Assembly: GCA_048213135.1 (NCBI GenBank)
Contig: PS015010.1
Location: 1,736,001 to 1,800,000, forward strand
Direction of reading: 5' to 3'
From: Reclinomonas americana ATCC 50394
Taxonomy: Eukaryota
Length of the DNA: 64,000 bases
The position numbers and the translations under genes are program-made. The notes under the pieces were generated by a model. The model saw nothing but the letters and a program-made list of their open reading frames with translations. It made no database searches and had not been told where the DNA came from. Of the stretch, positions 48,730-57,953 are shown in pieces; the first letter of the stretch is position 1; each line of letters begins with the position of its first letter.

Positions 48730-49473
48730 ATGCAAAAGCCTATAACCTACATACTAGCTGATGATGATGCCGTGTACCGGGAACTGACGGTGCAGCAACT
48801 GCAAATGGTGCCTAACCTGCAGTGCCTGGCCGTTTGCGAGGATGCCGTAAAAGCCCATGCTGCCGTACAGCAGGAATTTCCTGATCTGCTGATACTTGAC
48901 GTGGAAATGCCCGGGCTGAGCGGTATTGAGCTCGCCAAAAGCCTTAAACAATTGCCCCTTATCATATTCATCAGCGCCCATGCCACTTATGCCGCCGAGG
49001 CATTTGATGTGGACGCCATCGATTACCTGGTGAAACCCGTGGCGCCATCGCGACTGATGCGTGCCATAGACAAAGCCCGTATACTGATGGATATGAAGCA
49101 GTCGATACCCGCCCAGGAGGCTTTCCAAACCTCCACAGACGATTCTTTTTTCATTAAGGATAAGAATGCTTTTGTGAAGATTGGCCACAACGATGTGCTG
49201 TATATTGAATCGCTGGGCGACTTCGTGAATATTTTCCTGCAGAACGGGGAAAAGAAGATTGCGCTGGTGAGCCTGAAGAACCTGGAGCAGCAGTTGCCTT
49301 CTGCCCTGTTTATCCGCATTTCCCGCACCCATATGGTAAACCGGCAAAAGATCACCGCCATTGACAGCAATGCCATTCAGCTGGATAAGATACAACTGCA
49401 CATTGGCAAAACATACACCGATACCGTGATGCAGGGCGTACTGGGGAATACCGCCATTAAGCGGTTCATATAA
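48730..49473 (+). CDS. LytTR family response regulator
   Basis: LADDD, LDVEMP, DYLVKP, YIESLGDFV, FIRISRTHMVN. Confidence 0.92.
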   Translation: MQKPITYILADDDAVYRELTVQQLQMVPNLQCLAVCEDAVKAHAAVQQEFPDLLILDVEMPGLSGIELAKSLKQLPLIIFISAHATYAAEAFDVDAIDYLVKPVAPSRLMRAIDKARILMDMKQSIPAQEAFQTSTDDSFFIKDKNAFVKIGHNDVLYIESLGDFVNIFLQNGEKKIALVSLKNLEQQLPSALFIRISRTHMVNRQKITAIDSNAIQLDKIQLHIGKTYTDTVMQGVLGNTAIKRFI

Positions 49474-49492
49474 ACCTTTCTAAACCTTGAAA

Positions 49493-51367
49493 ATGCACCA
49501 ACGCATATGGCTTCTTATGCTGGTAATAGCTCCATTACTGGCAACGGCTCAAACACAGCAGGTAGACAGCCTGCTGAAAACCCTCGAAACAGAAAAGGCA
49601 GACAGTAACCTGGCGAAGACCTACCGGAAGATCGCTGAATATTATTCAGACAATAACCCCGGCAAGGCTATTGAGTATTATGAAAGATCGCTGGAAGCAG
49701 CCAAAAGGATAGACCGTAAACTGCTTGTCGCCAATAACTACTACAGCATCGGGTTCGCTTACCTGCTGAAAGGGGATTACGACAAATCGCTGGAGAACTA
49801 CCTGCTGTCGGTACGGGTGTATGAAGAGATGAAGGATACTTTTCGTTTGTCGAATGCGCTGATGTCTATCGGTAACGTATACGTGCAGATCAACAATGGC
49901 CCGAAAACAAGAGAATACTATGCCCGTGCCCAGAAGCTGATAGAAGCCATCAGGGACAGTGCCCAGCTGGGTTCCCTCTTCATGGAACGGGGCGTACAGT
50001 ACGACCAGGCCAAACAGTATGATACCTCCATGTATTTTCACAGGAAAGCGCTGGCCATTGGTGTAGCGCTGAAAGATGACTATTTTATATCCAATGCCCT
50101 GTCCAATATCGCCCTTACTTATAAACACCAGCAAAAGAATGCCGAAGCGCTGGTGGTGCTGGACAGTGTACTGCGGATGTTCACCCGCCTGCAGGTGCCC
50201 GCCGATAACTTTGCGGCTGTATACAACAACATTGCCGCCACCCATGCCCAGGCCGGTAACTATGCCCAGGCCGAGACGGCATTTGCCACCAGTATTAAAT
50301 ACGGGGAAGAGATAGGCGCCGCTTCTATTGTGATGGAGAACTACCGCAATATGGCCGATATGTATGAGCAGATGAAAGATTACCGGCGGGAGAACCTGTA
50401 CCTTAAAAAGTACTACTCCCTTAAAGACAGCCTTTTTACCGCCGATAAAAAGAACCAGCTTACCCAATTGGAAGCCGATTACCACCTGGAACAAAAAAAC
50501 AGCGTGATCGTAAAACAGGAAGCTGAAGTGGAGAAACAACGCAATCAGCGTAACCTGTTCATCATTATCGCCATAGCCGCGGCCCTGGTGCTGAGCACCC
50601 TTGCTATTTTCTATTCCCGCATCCGCAAAAAGAACCAGCTGCTGCAGGAAAAGAATACCGAGATCAACCAGCAAAAAGATGAACTGGCTACGCTTAACCA
50701 TGTTAAGGACCGGCTGTTCAGCATCATCAGCCACGACCTGCGCAACCCGCTGGTGACCCTCCGCTCCTATCTTTCGCTTTCCGACAGCTCCGCTATCCCG
50801 GAGGAGAAGAAACAGGAGTTCAGGACACAGACCATACGGGCCGTATCGCAAACCAGCGACATGCTCGACAACCTGCTGGCCTGGGCCAATATGCAGATCA
50901 AGAATACCGCCGTACCCATTACCCCGGTTGACATTACCGACTGTGTACTGGATGTGGAACACCATGTACAGGCGCAGGCGCAACAAAAACAGGTGGATAT
51001 TGTTAAGAACATGGAACACCTGACCGCCCCCGGCGACCAGAATATCATTTCGATAGCCTTGCGTAACCTGCTTACCAATGCCATCAAGTTCACCGGCCCC
51101 GGGAAAAAAGTATACATTGAGGTGGAGAAACGCGATAACCATATCCACATTTCCGTAAAGGATGAAGGCATTGGGATGTCGCCCGAGCAACTGGATAAAA
51201 TACGGTCCAACCAGGCTTCCAGCACCACTGGTACCGGCGGGGAAAAAGGAAGCGGGCTGGGCATTTTCCTGGTAAGGGAGCTGCTGGAAAAAATTAAGGG
51301 ACAGCTGCTGGTGAACAGTACCGAAGGCGTGGGCAGTACCTTCACCATTCAGTTACCGGCTCTTTAA
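49493..51367 (+). CDS. TPR-repeat sensor histidine kinase (HisKA type)
   Basis: Signal peptide, TPRs, one TM, KDRLFSIISHDLRNP, NLLTNAIKF, DEGIGM, GSGLG. Confidence 0.92.
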   Translation: MHQRIWLLMLVIAPLLATAQTQQVDSLLKTLETEKADSNLAKTYRKIAEYYSDNNPGKAIEYYERSLEAAKRIDRKLLVANNYYSIGFAYLLKGDYDKSLENYLLSVRVYEEMKDTFRLSNALMSIGNVYVQINNGPKTREYYARAQKLIEAIRDSAQLGSLFMERGVQYDQAKQYDTSMYFHRKALAIGVALKDDYFISNALSNIALTYKHQQKNAEALVVLDSVLRMFTRLQVPADNFAAVYNNIAATHAQAGNYAQAETAFATSIKYGEEIGAASIVMENYRNMADMYEQMKDYRRENLYLKKYYSLKDSLFTADKKNQLTQLEADYHLEQKNSVIVKQEAEVEKQRNQRNLFIIIAIAAALVLSTLAIFYSRIRKKNQLLQEKNTEINQQKDELATLNHVKDRLFSIISHDLRNPLVTLRSYLSLSDSSAIPEEKKQEFRTQTIRAVSQTSDMLDNLLAWANMQIKNTAVPITPVDITDCVLDVEHHVQAQAQQKQVDIVKNMEHLTAPGDQNIISIALRNLLTNAIKFTGPGKKVYIEVEKRDNHIHISVKDEGIGMSPEQLDKIRSNQASSTTGTGGEKGSGLGIFLVRELLEKIKGQLLVNSTEGVGSTFTIQLPAL

Positions 51368-51420
51368 GGCCTGAAAACGAGCAGAAAGACAGTTAACAAA
51401 AAATTATCAGGTAAAATTTC

Positions 51421-51448
51421 AATGTTTAAACATTAATTATTAGCTTTG
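51421..51448 (+). promoter_or_regulatory. Palindromic operator and promoter upstream of yceI
   Basis: Perfect palindrome AATGTTTAAACATT (51421-51434); TAGCTTTG at 51441-51448. Confidence 0.65.
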
Positions 51449-51467
51449 CATCATAAAACAATCAGAC

Positions 51468-52004
51468 ATGGCAACCAGAAACTGGGTTATTGACCCCTCA
51501 CACAGTGAAATTCAATTCAAGATCAAACACCTGATGATCACTAACGTGACAGGTAGTTTCAACATCTTCAACGCTACTGTTCAGACAGAAGACGAAGATT
51601 TTATGTCGGCTAAGATCAGCTTTACGGCAGATGTGGCCTCTATTGACACGGGCAACGAACAAAGGGACGGTCACCTGCAAAGCGCCGATTTCTTTGACGC
51701 GGCGAAATACCCGCAGTTGAAATTTGAGGCCACCCGTTTTGAGAACGTAGACAATGACGGTTCGTACAACATGTATGGTGACCTTACCATACGCGACGTG
51801 ACCAAAAATATTAAGCTGAGTGTAGAGTTCGGCGGCGTGGTACAGGACGCTTATGGCAACACCAAGGCGGGCTTCACCATCAATGGCAAAATCAACCGCA
51901 AAGATTTTGGTCTTACCTGGAGCGCTGTAACCGAGGCCGGCGGCGTAGTGGTAAGCGATGAGGTAAAACTGATCGCTGAGGTGCAACTGATCGAGCAGCC
52001 TTAA
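51468..52004 (+). CDS. yceI: YceI family protein
   Basis: WVIDPSHSEIQFKIKHLMI, RDGHL..ADFFDA, GDLTIRDVTK, INRKDFGLTW. Confidence 0.93.
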   Translation: MATRNWVIDPSHSEIQFKIKHLMITNVTGSFNIFNATVQTEDEDFMSAKISFTADVASIDTGNEQRDGHLQSADFFDAAKYPQLKFEATRFENVDNDGSYNMYGDLTIRDVTKNIKLSVEFGGVVQDAYGNTKAGFTINGKINRKDFGLTWSAVTEAGGVVVSDEVKLIAEVQLIEQP

Positions 52005-52025
52005 TCTTATTAAGCATGAGTTACC

Positions 52026-52057
52026 AGGCGGAGCAGGAAATGGCTTCGCCTTTTTTT
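52026..52057 (+). terminator. Terminator after yceI
   Basis: AGGCGGAGC-N8-GCTTCGCCT-TTTTTT. Confidence 0.8.
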
Positions 52058-52084
52058 ATGGGAAGGAAAGAGTAAAGGAGGTTG

Positions 52085-52188
52085 GAAATAGCGTTGCCAT
52101 TTTTTTTCACCGCAAAGGAACGAAGAACGCGGAGGTTCGCCAAGATGTTTTTTACCGCAGAGAAAATGAGTACGCAGAGGTTTCTAAG
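52085..52188 (-). repeat. Two inverted copies of the 37-bp repeat family of the 44.4-kb array
   Basis: Reverse complement of 52108-52144 is CTTGGCGAACCTCCGCGTTCTTCGTTCCTTTGCGGTG, followed by the AAATGGCAACGCTATTTC hairpin; second copy at 52153-52188. Confidence 0.85.
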
Positions 52189-52194
52189 AAGGTT

Positions 52195-52755
52195 TTACTT
52201 TTTAATTTCTAATTTCTCCACCACATCCGCCAGCGCCGCGGAAAAGTCTTTCATCTTACCGCTTAGTTGCGAAAGCTGCGTATCAATGTAAAACTGTTTC
52301 AGTTTTTTTCCCTGCGTAATCTCCACATAGAAACCGCAGCCATCGGCACAGTCGGGGCAACCGAAACGTTCGTTGGTATTGTCGGTGGTAAACAATTCAG
52401 AAGGTATTTTGGAAACGATGCTGTTGGCCAGCGCCAGTTTTTTGCTGTCCTTCACCGGCGTATTGCAGGTGGGTGTACCAAAATTATCGCGGAAACTGTC
52501 GGTCGTATCCATGAACAGCGTATTGCTCGTTCCTGTCATATTCAACTGGTACATGGTGGCACAATGACCCCGGCATTTACCGCAATATCTTCCAAAAATG
52601 ATGCGGTCAGCCTGCCCCTGCCCGTCCCTGCCGGCTGAAACAGCTTCATTGGCAGGTGCAGTTACCACGGGATCGGCAGACTGCTTAACAGTAGGCGCAC
52701 AGGCAATAACGGTAATGAGGACGGCTATAAAAAAAAGATCATACCACTTTTTCAT
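52195..52755 (-). CDS. Hypothetical Cys-motif lipoprotein
   Basis: Lipobox VIAC; FGRYCGKCRGHC and FGCPDCADGCG motifs; start at ATG 52755. Confidence 0.7.
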   Translation of the reverse strand: MKKWYDLFFIAVLITVIACAPTVKQSADPVVTAPANEAVSAGRDGQGQADRIIFGRYCGKCRGHCATMYQLNMTGTSNTLFMDTTDSFRDNFGTPTCNTPVKDSKKLALANSIVSKIPSELFTTDNTNERFGCPDCADGCGFYVEITQGKKLKQFYIDTQLSQLSGKMKDFSAALADVVEKLEIKK

Positions 52756-52820
52756 GCAGGTTGTTTGGGTATTTGTTGCAATGATCATGCCTTTTATCTT
52801 CCCGGCATAATAAATTTAGT

Positions 52821-53204
52821 TTATTTCGCATCGAACCATACCGGCTGGGCATTGTTCCAGTCTCCGTTATAGTTGATGGTCAGTTCCTCTTCCTTCTCGA
52901 TTTTCCTGACGGTCTTGATAAAAATAGAATCGTCATCAAAATCCATAAAATACTCACAATTACTGCGGTAATTGTGGTTATAGATGGGTATCCAGCCCAG
53001 TGCCATGGCACATTTGTCCTTTTGCTTGCCCCATTCAAAGATATAGTCGTGCAGGAGGGTCCGGTCAAGATGTTCCCTGTCCTTTTGCTCCATCACGATC
53101 ACCGGCGCCACCTCAATAACCGTACCTGCCGGTATCCTTTCCCGGCTGAATACACCCCTGCCCTTTTCGCCTGTGGGACCAATATACAAATAGGACTTCC
53201 TCAT
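52821..53204 (-). CDS. SET domain-containing protein (putative lysine methyltransferase)
   Basis: KGRGVF, YNH..RSNC, EELTINY SET motifs. Confidence 0.88.
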   Translation of the reverse strand: MRKSYLYIGPTGEKGRGVFSRERIPAGTVIEVAPVIVMEQKDREHLDRTLLHDYIFEWGKQKDKCAMALGWIPIYNHNYRSNCEYFMDFDDDSIFIKTVRKIEKEEELTINYNGDWNNAQPVWFDAK

Positions 53205-53279
53205 AACAATTCATTAATATTAAATGACCTAAATTGCGTTTTCCACAACGAAAATAATACAGAAAAAAGCAATAACACC

Positions 53280-54671
53280 GTGTCACCGGAATTGGACGAC
53301 ATATCGCTGCAGGAACAGTTTGAAGAAGTGATCGCTTCGGAAGACAAACTGCTGATACAGGAGTTCCTGAATCACCAGAACATCAGCGATGTGGCCAACC
53401 TCATCTACGACAACGAGGAATATGAGTGCCAGATCATTTCGCACCTGTCCATACACCGGGCTGCCAGCGTGTTCAAGATCCTGGAACTGCCCACGCAGAA
53501 ACGCATCATTAAGGATCTTCCCGCTTTCAAGACAACAGAACTGCTCAACGAACTGCCTTCGGATGACCGTGTAGCTTTTCTGGAAGAACTCCCCAACAGC
53601 ATTGTACGCGATCTTATTAAAACACTGGACCCCGAAGAACGGAAAGTAACCCTGGAACTGCTCGGCTATCCCGAGAACAGTATGGGCCGGATCATGACGC
53701 CCGACTATGTGTACGTGTATGAAGAAAATACCGTGGCCGAGGTGCTGGACACCGTACGCAAACATGCCCGCAGCAGCGAGACCATTGACGTGATCTATGT
53801 GATCAATAAAAAAGGCGAACTGCTGGATGATATTCGTATCAAGGACTTCATCATTGCCTCCCCTGAAAAAAAAGTAAGCGAGCTGATGGATGGCCGCTTC
53901 ATCGCCCTGAATGTACACGACGACCAGGAAATGGCCAGCGATGTATTTAAAATGAATAACCGCGTGGCGCTTGCCGTTACCGACGATAACGACATCCTGC
54001 TGGGCATCGTGACCATCGATGATATCCTGTGGGTGGCCGAAGAAGAGTTCAGTGAAGACATCCAGAAGATTGGTGGTACCGAAGCGCTGGATGAACCTTA
54101 CCTGGAAATGCCTTTCTGGAAACTGATCAGTAAAAGGGCGCCCTGGCTGGTGATCCTGTTTGTGGGCGAATTGCTTACCGCCAGCGCGATGAGTTTCTTT
54201 GAAGATGAAATTAAAAAAGTACTGGTGCTGAACATGCTGGTTCCGCTCATCATTTCCAGCGGTGGCAACAGCGGCAGCCAGGCGTCCACGCTCATCATCC
54301 AGGCCATGGCCAAGGTAGAGATCACCATCGACGACTGGTGGGCCATCCTGCGCAGGGAGCTGAAAAGCGGGCTGGTACTGGGTGGCATACTCGGCTGTGT
54401 TGGTTTTATGCGCACCTACCTGTGGAGTTATATCGAACCGCATTTATACGGCACGCATACTTTTTTGCTGGGCATGGTCACCATGGTATCGGTGCTGGGT
54501 GTGGTACTGTGGGGTACGCTTGCCGGCTCCATGCTGCCCATTCTCCTCAAAAGACTGAAACTTGACCCTGCCACTTCCTCCGCTCCTTTTGTGGCTACCC
54601 TGGTGGACGTAACGGGCATCATCATCTATTTCTCCGTGGCCTATACTTTCCTGCAGGGGGTGCTGCTGTAA
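53280..54671 (+). CDS. mgtE: Magnesium transporter MgtE
   Basis: N-domain, CBS pair, SSGGNSGSQ, DPATSSAPFVATLVDV; probable GTG start at 53280. Confidence 0.94.
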   Translation: MSPELDDISLQEQFEEVIASEDKLLIQEFLNHQNISDVANLIYDNEEYECQIISHLSIHRAASVFKILELPTQKRIIKDLPAFKTTELLNELPSDDRVAFLEELPNSIVRDLIKTLDPEERKVTLELLGYPENSMGRIMTPDYVYVYEENTVAEVLDTVRKHARSSETIDVIYVINKKGELLDDIRIKDFIIASPEKKVSELMDGRFIALNVHDDQEMASDVFKMNNRVALAVTDDNDILLGIVTIDDILWVAEEEFSEDIQKIGGTEALDEPYLEMPFWKLISKRAPWLVILFVGELLTASAMSFFEDEIKKVLVLNMLVPLIISSGGNSGSQASTLIIQAMAKVEITIDDWWAILRRELKSGLVLGGILGCVGFMRTYLWSYIEPHLYGTHTFLLGMVTMVSVLGVVLWGTLAGSMLPILLKRLKLDPATSSAPFVATLVDVTGIIIYFSVAYTFLQGVLL

Positions 54672-54742
54672 GCGCAATCCTGTATGAACGGTTCCCCGTT
54701 TTCCATTTTCACAAGTATCTTTAGACCTCACAACCACCGCTT

Positions 54743-57133
54743 ATGAGAAAAAACCTGGCAATGCCTGTGCTGCTTATTATGCTCACCTTTACCACACAGG
54801 CGCAGCAACTGGCCCCCCTTACCGTTGATAAGATCATGCGTGATCCCAAATGGATGGGCACTTCGCCTTCCTCCCTGCAATGGAGCTATGACGGGCAATA
54901 CCTTTTCTTCAACTGGAATCCCGACCAGGCACCTGCCGATTCCCTTTACTACATCACCCGCACCAATACCACGCCGCAGAAAGCGACTGTTGAACAAAAA
55001 CAAAACCTGCTGACCGCCAACCGGCTGGAATACAACCTGGCCCGTACGGCTTACGTGTACAGCCGCGACGGCGACATTTATTATACGGAGATCAAAACCG
55101 GTAAGACCAAACGCATTATACAGAGTATCGACTTTGAGAGCAATCCTGTATTCTCTTTCAACGAAACCAAAATCGTATACAACCGCGGGCAGAACCTTTT
55201 TGCCTGGGACATTGCCACTGGCGAAACGCTGCAACTCACCAACATACAGACCGGCGTTAACAACACACCTAAAAAAGAAACACTCAATAACCAGGAACAG
55301 TGGCTGAAGAATGACCAGCTGAATTATTTTGACGTACTGAGATCGCGGAAAGAAAAAAGGGATAAGGGCGAGGCTTATACCAAAAGCCTGCCCAGGAAAA
55401 ATGAACTGCGCAGGATATTCCTCGAAGACAGGAATGTGCAATCCGTAGAGATCAGTCCCGACGGGCGTTTCATCAGCTACCGGCTGGTAAGGCCATCCAG
55501 CGGCAACAAATCCACCATTGTACCCAGCTATGTAACCGAAAGCGGTTTTACCACCGATATTCCCGCCCGTACCAAAGTGGGGGAAGTACAAAGCAGCTCC
55601 GAATTTTTTATCTATGACAGGATACTGGACACCATATGGCCCGTAAAAATGAATACCCTGCCCGGGATAAAAGACCTGCCTGATTATGTGTCAGACTATC
55701 CCAAACAACTGGAAAAAAGAAAAAAGGACAGCGCCGACCGGGCAGTGGATGTGGGCAATACGAGCTGGTCGCCCAAAGGCGGTCACTTTGTACTCGATAT
55801 CTATTCACAGGATAATAAAGACCGCTGGCTGATGCTGTGGGATACCGCCACCCGCAAAATGCAACTGCTCGACCGTCAGCGGGATGAGGCCTGGATTGGC
55901 GGACCGGGCATAAGCAGCTTTGGCAACAGCACCGGCTGGATCAATGAAGACCAGTTCTGGTTCCAGTCTGAAAGCTCTGGCTATTCCCATTTATACAGTT
56001 ACAATGTTGCCAACCGTACCCGCCAGGCACATACGTCCGGCAATTATGAAATACAGTCGGTGCAGCTGAGCAACGATAAAAAATATTTCTACATCACCAC
56101 CAATGAAGTGCATCCGGGAGAAAAGCAATTTTACCGTTTACCCGTTACCGGTAGTACCGCGGAAAGGCTGACAAAAATGACCGGGTCGAACAACGTGACT
56201 TTATCGCCGGACGAAAAGATCATGGCCTTTCTTTATTCCTATTCCAATAAACCCTGGGAACTTTACCTGCAGGAAAATACCGCACCGGGCAAAGCGCCCG
56301 CCGCCGCGGTGCAGGTGACAAATAAATCTCAGAGTGCCGAGTTCGCCTCTTATTCCTGGCGTGACCCGGAAGTAACCAGTTTTACCGCCCGTGACGGCGC
56401 TACCGTATGGGCCCGGGTGTACCAGCCTTCCAACCCTGATCCAAAAAAGCCAGCCGTCATATTTGTGCATGGCGCCGGTTACCTGCAGAATGCGCATAAA
56501 TGGTGGAGTTCCTATTTCAGGGAATACATGTTCCACAACCTGCTGGCCGATAACGGGTATTATGTGATGGACATCGACTACCGCGGCAGCGCCGGTTATG
56601 GCCGCAACTGGAGAACAGGTATCTACCGCCACATGGGAGGAAAAGACCTCACCGATAACGTAGACGCGGCGCAATATCTTTCCAAACGCTTTGGCGTAGA
56701 TCCCACACGCATCGGTGTTTATGGTGGATCCTACGGTGGCTTCATCACACTTATGGCGCAATTCACCACACCGGGCGTATTCGCTGCCGGTGCGGCCCTG
56801 CGGCCTGTTACCGACTGGGCCAACTATAACCATGGCTATACCTCCAACATACTGAACGAACCCTATACCGACAGCCTGGCTTACCGCCGCAGTTCCCCTT
56901 TCTATTTTGCAGCGGGGTTAAAAGATCATCTCCTGATCTGCCACGGTATGGTAGACGTGAACGTTCATTTCCAGGATGCCGTAAAGTTGCAGCAGCGGTT
57001 GATTGAACTGGGGAAAGACAACTGGGAACTGGCTGCCTACCCCATGGAGGACCATGGTTTCGTGGAACCCAGCAGCTGGACAGATGAATACAAACGGATA
57101 TTCAAACTGTTTGAACAGGTACTGAAACGCTGA
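54743..57133 (+). CDS. S9 family peptidase (DPP-IV-like beta-propeller plus catalytic domain)
   Basis: Signal peptide, HGAGY, DYRGS, GGSYGG, HGMVD, EDHGF. Confidence 0.9.
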   Translation: MRKNLAMPVLLIMLTFTTQAQQLAPLTVDKIMRDPKWMGTSPSSLQWSYDGQYLFFNWNPDQAPADSLYYITRTNTTPQKATVEQKQNLLTANRLEYNLARTAYVYSRDGDIYYTEIKTGKTKRIIQSIDFESNPVFSFNETKIVYNRGQNLFAWDIATGETLQLTNIQTGVNNTPKKETLNNQEQWLKNDQLNYFDVLRSRKEKRDKGEAYTKSLPRKNELRRIFLEDRNVQSVEISPDGRFISYRLVRPSSGNKSTIVPSYVTESGFTTDIPARTKVGEVQSSSEFFIYDRILDTIWPVKMNTLPGIKDLPDYVSDYPKQLEKRKKDSADRAVDVGNTSWSPKGGHFVLDIYSQDNKDRWLMLWDTATRKMQLLDRQRDEAWIGGPGISSFGNSTGWINEDQFWFQSESSGYSHLYSYNVANRTRQAHTSGNYEIQSVQLSNDKKYFYITTNEVHPGEKQFYRLPVTGSTAERLTKMTGSNNVTLSPDEKIMAFLYSYSNKPWELYLQENTAPGKAPAAAVQVTNKSQSAEFASYSWRDPEVTSFTARDGATVWARVYQPSNPDPKKPAVIFVHGAGYLQNAHKWWSSYFREYMFHNLLADNGYYVMDIDYRGSAGYGRNWRTGIYRHMGGKDLTDNVDAAQYLSKRFGVDPTRIGVYGGSYGGFITLMAQFTTPGVFAAGAALRPVTDWANYNHGYTSNILNEPYTDSLAYRRSSPFYFAAGLKDHLLICHGMVDVNVHFQDAVKLQQRLIELGKDNWELAAYPMEDHGFVEPSSWTDEYKRIFKLFEQVLKR

Positions 57134-57676
57134 TCAGGGCGTACTCATTTTCGCGGAAGCTCCGGATGGCTTTCCGTATTTGGAGGCTTTTACACGGGCC
57201 TTACCTTTTTTATACGTAACCAAAAAGAGGTTGTCGAACTCCGTTTCGGGTAACTCCTTCGGAACAAAATCCTTTACTCCCAGTTTGCGTACAAGCGCCG
57301 GTACGGTATTGCTGTGCCCGATCACCAGTATGGTTTTCCCTTCGTCTCCATGAGCGATGATCTCCTTAATAAGACTTTCACTGAGGGTATCGGCAGCATA
57401 CTGGGCCGTATCTATACCCAATTGTATACGCAGGCTGTCGCCCGTCATGATGGTGCGGCGGTAAGGGGTGGTATAAATGCGGTGGATCTTTTTATCCCGG
57501 AGTTCTTTCAGCAGGTCGCCCGCCCTTTGCCTGCCTGCCAGCGTAAGTACCGGGTTTTTACCGGTATCCTTCTCCGCATGCCGTACCAGGTAGATGCGGG
57601 TGCCTTTTGCAAGTTGAGCCTGGGTTTTGCCCGCCATCATACAGAACAGGCAGGCCATCAATAATCCGTATTTCAT
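57134..57676 (-). CDS. Histidine phosphatase (phosphoglycerate mutase family), exported
   Basis: YLVRHAEK, R...T, GHSNT. Confidence 0.85.
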   Translation of the reverse strand: MKYGLLMACLFCMMAGKTQAQLAKGTRIYLVRHAEKDTGKNPVLTLAGRQRAGDLLKELRDKKIHRIYTTPYRRTIMTGDSLRIQLGIDTAQYAADTLSESLIKEIIAHGDEGKTILVIGHSNTVPALVRKLGVKDFVPKELPETEFDNLFLVTYKKGKARVKASKYGKPSGASAKMSTP

Positions 57677-57953
57677 AACCGCTATTTATTCCCGAATATA
57701 AACAAGTCCGGTCAATATGACGAGGCCCGCCCTTATAACGTCTTTTCGGTATTATACTGCCTTTTTACACCGGGATGTTCAGGTACCTGTTAATAACTTG
57801 CAAAACAGCCTCCCAAAGCCCAACAAACATTTTACAGGGCTGCATTTTTTACCTATTTTGCGTCATTCTGCCGGGTGGCAGACGCTGACTGCAATATAGT
57901 TCAGTTCCAGCCGTTTATACTTCCCGGCTAAACCAATTAAAGCAACAACATTT

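Noticed and set aside
57700-57953. glmS ribozyme upstream of glmS
   Set aside because: Only a chance GACGAGG; the AGCGCC cleavage-site motif and core helices were not seen
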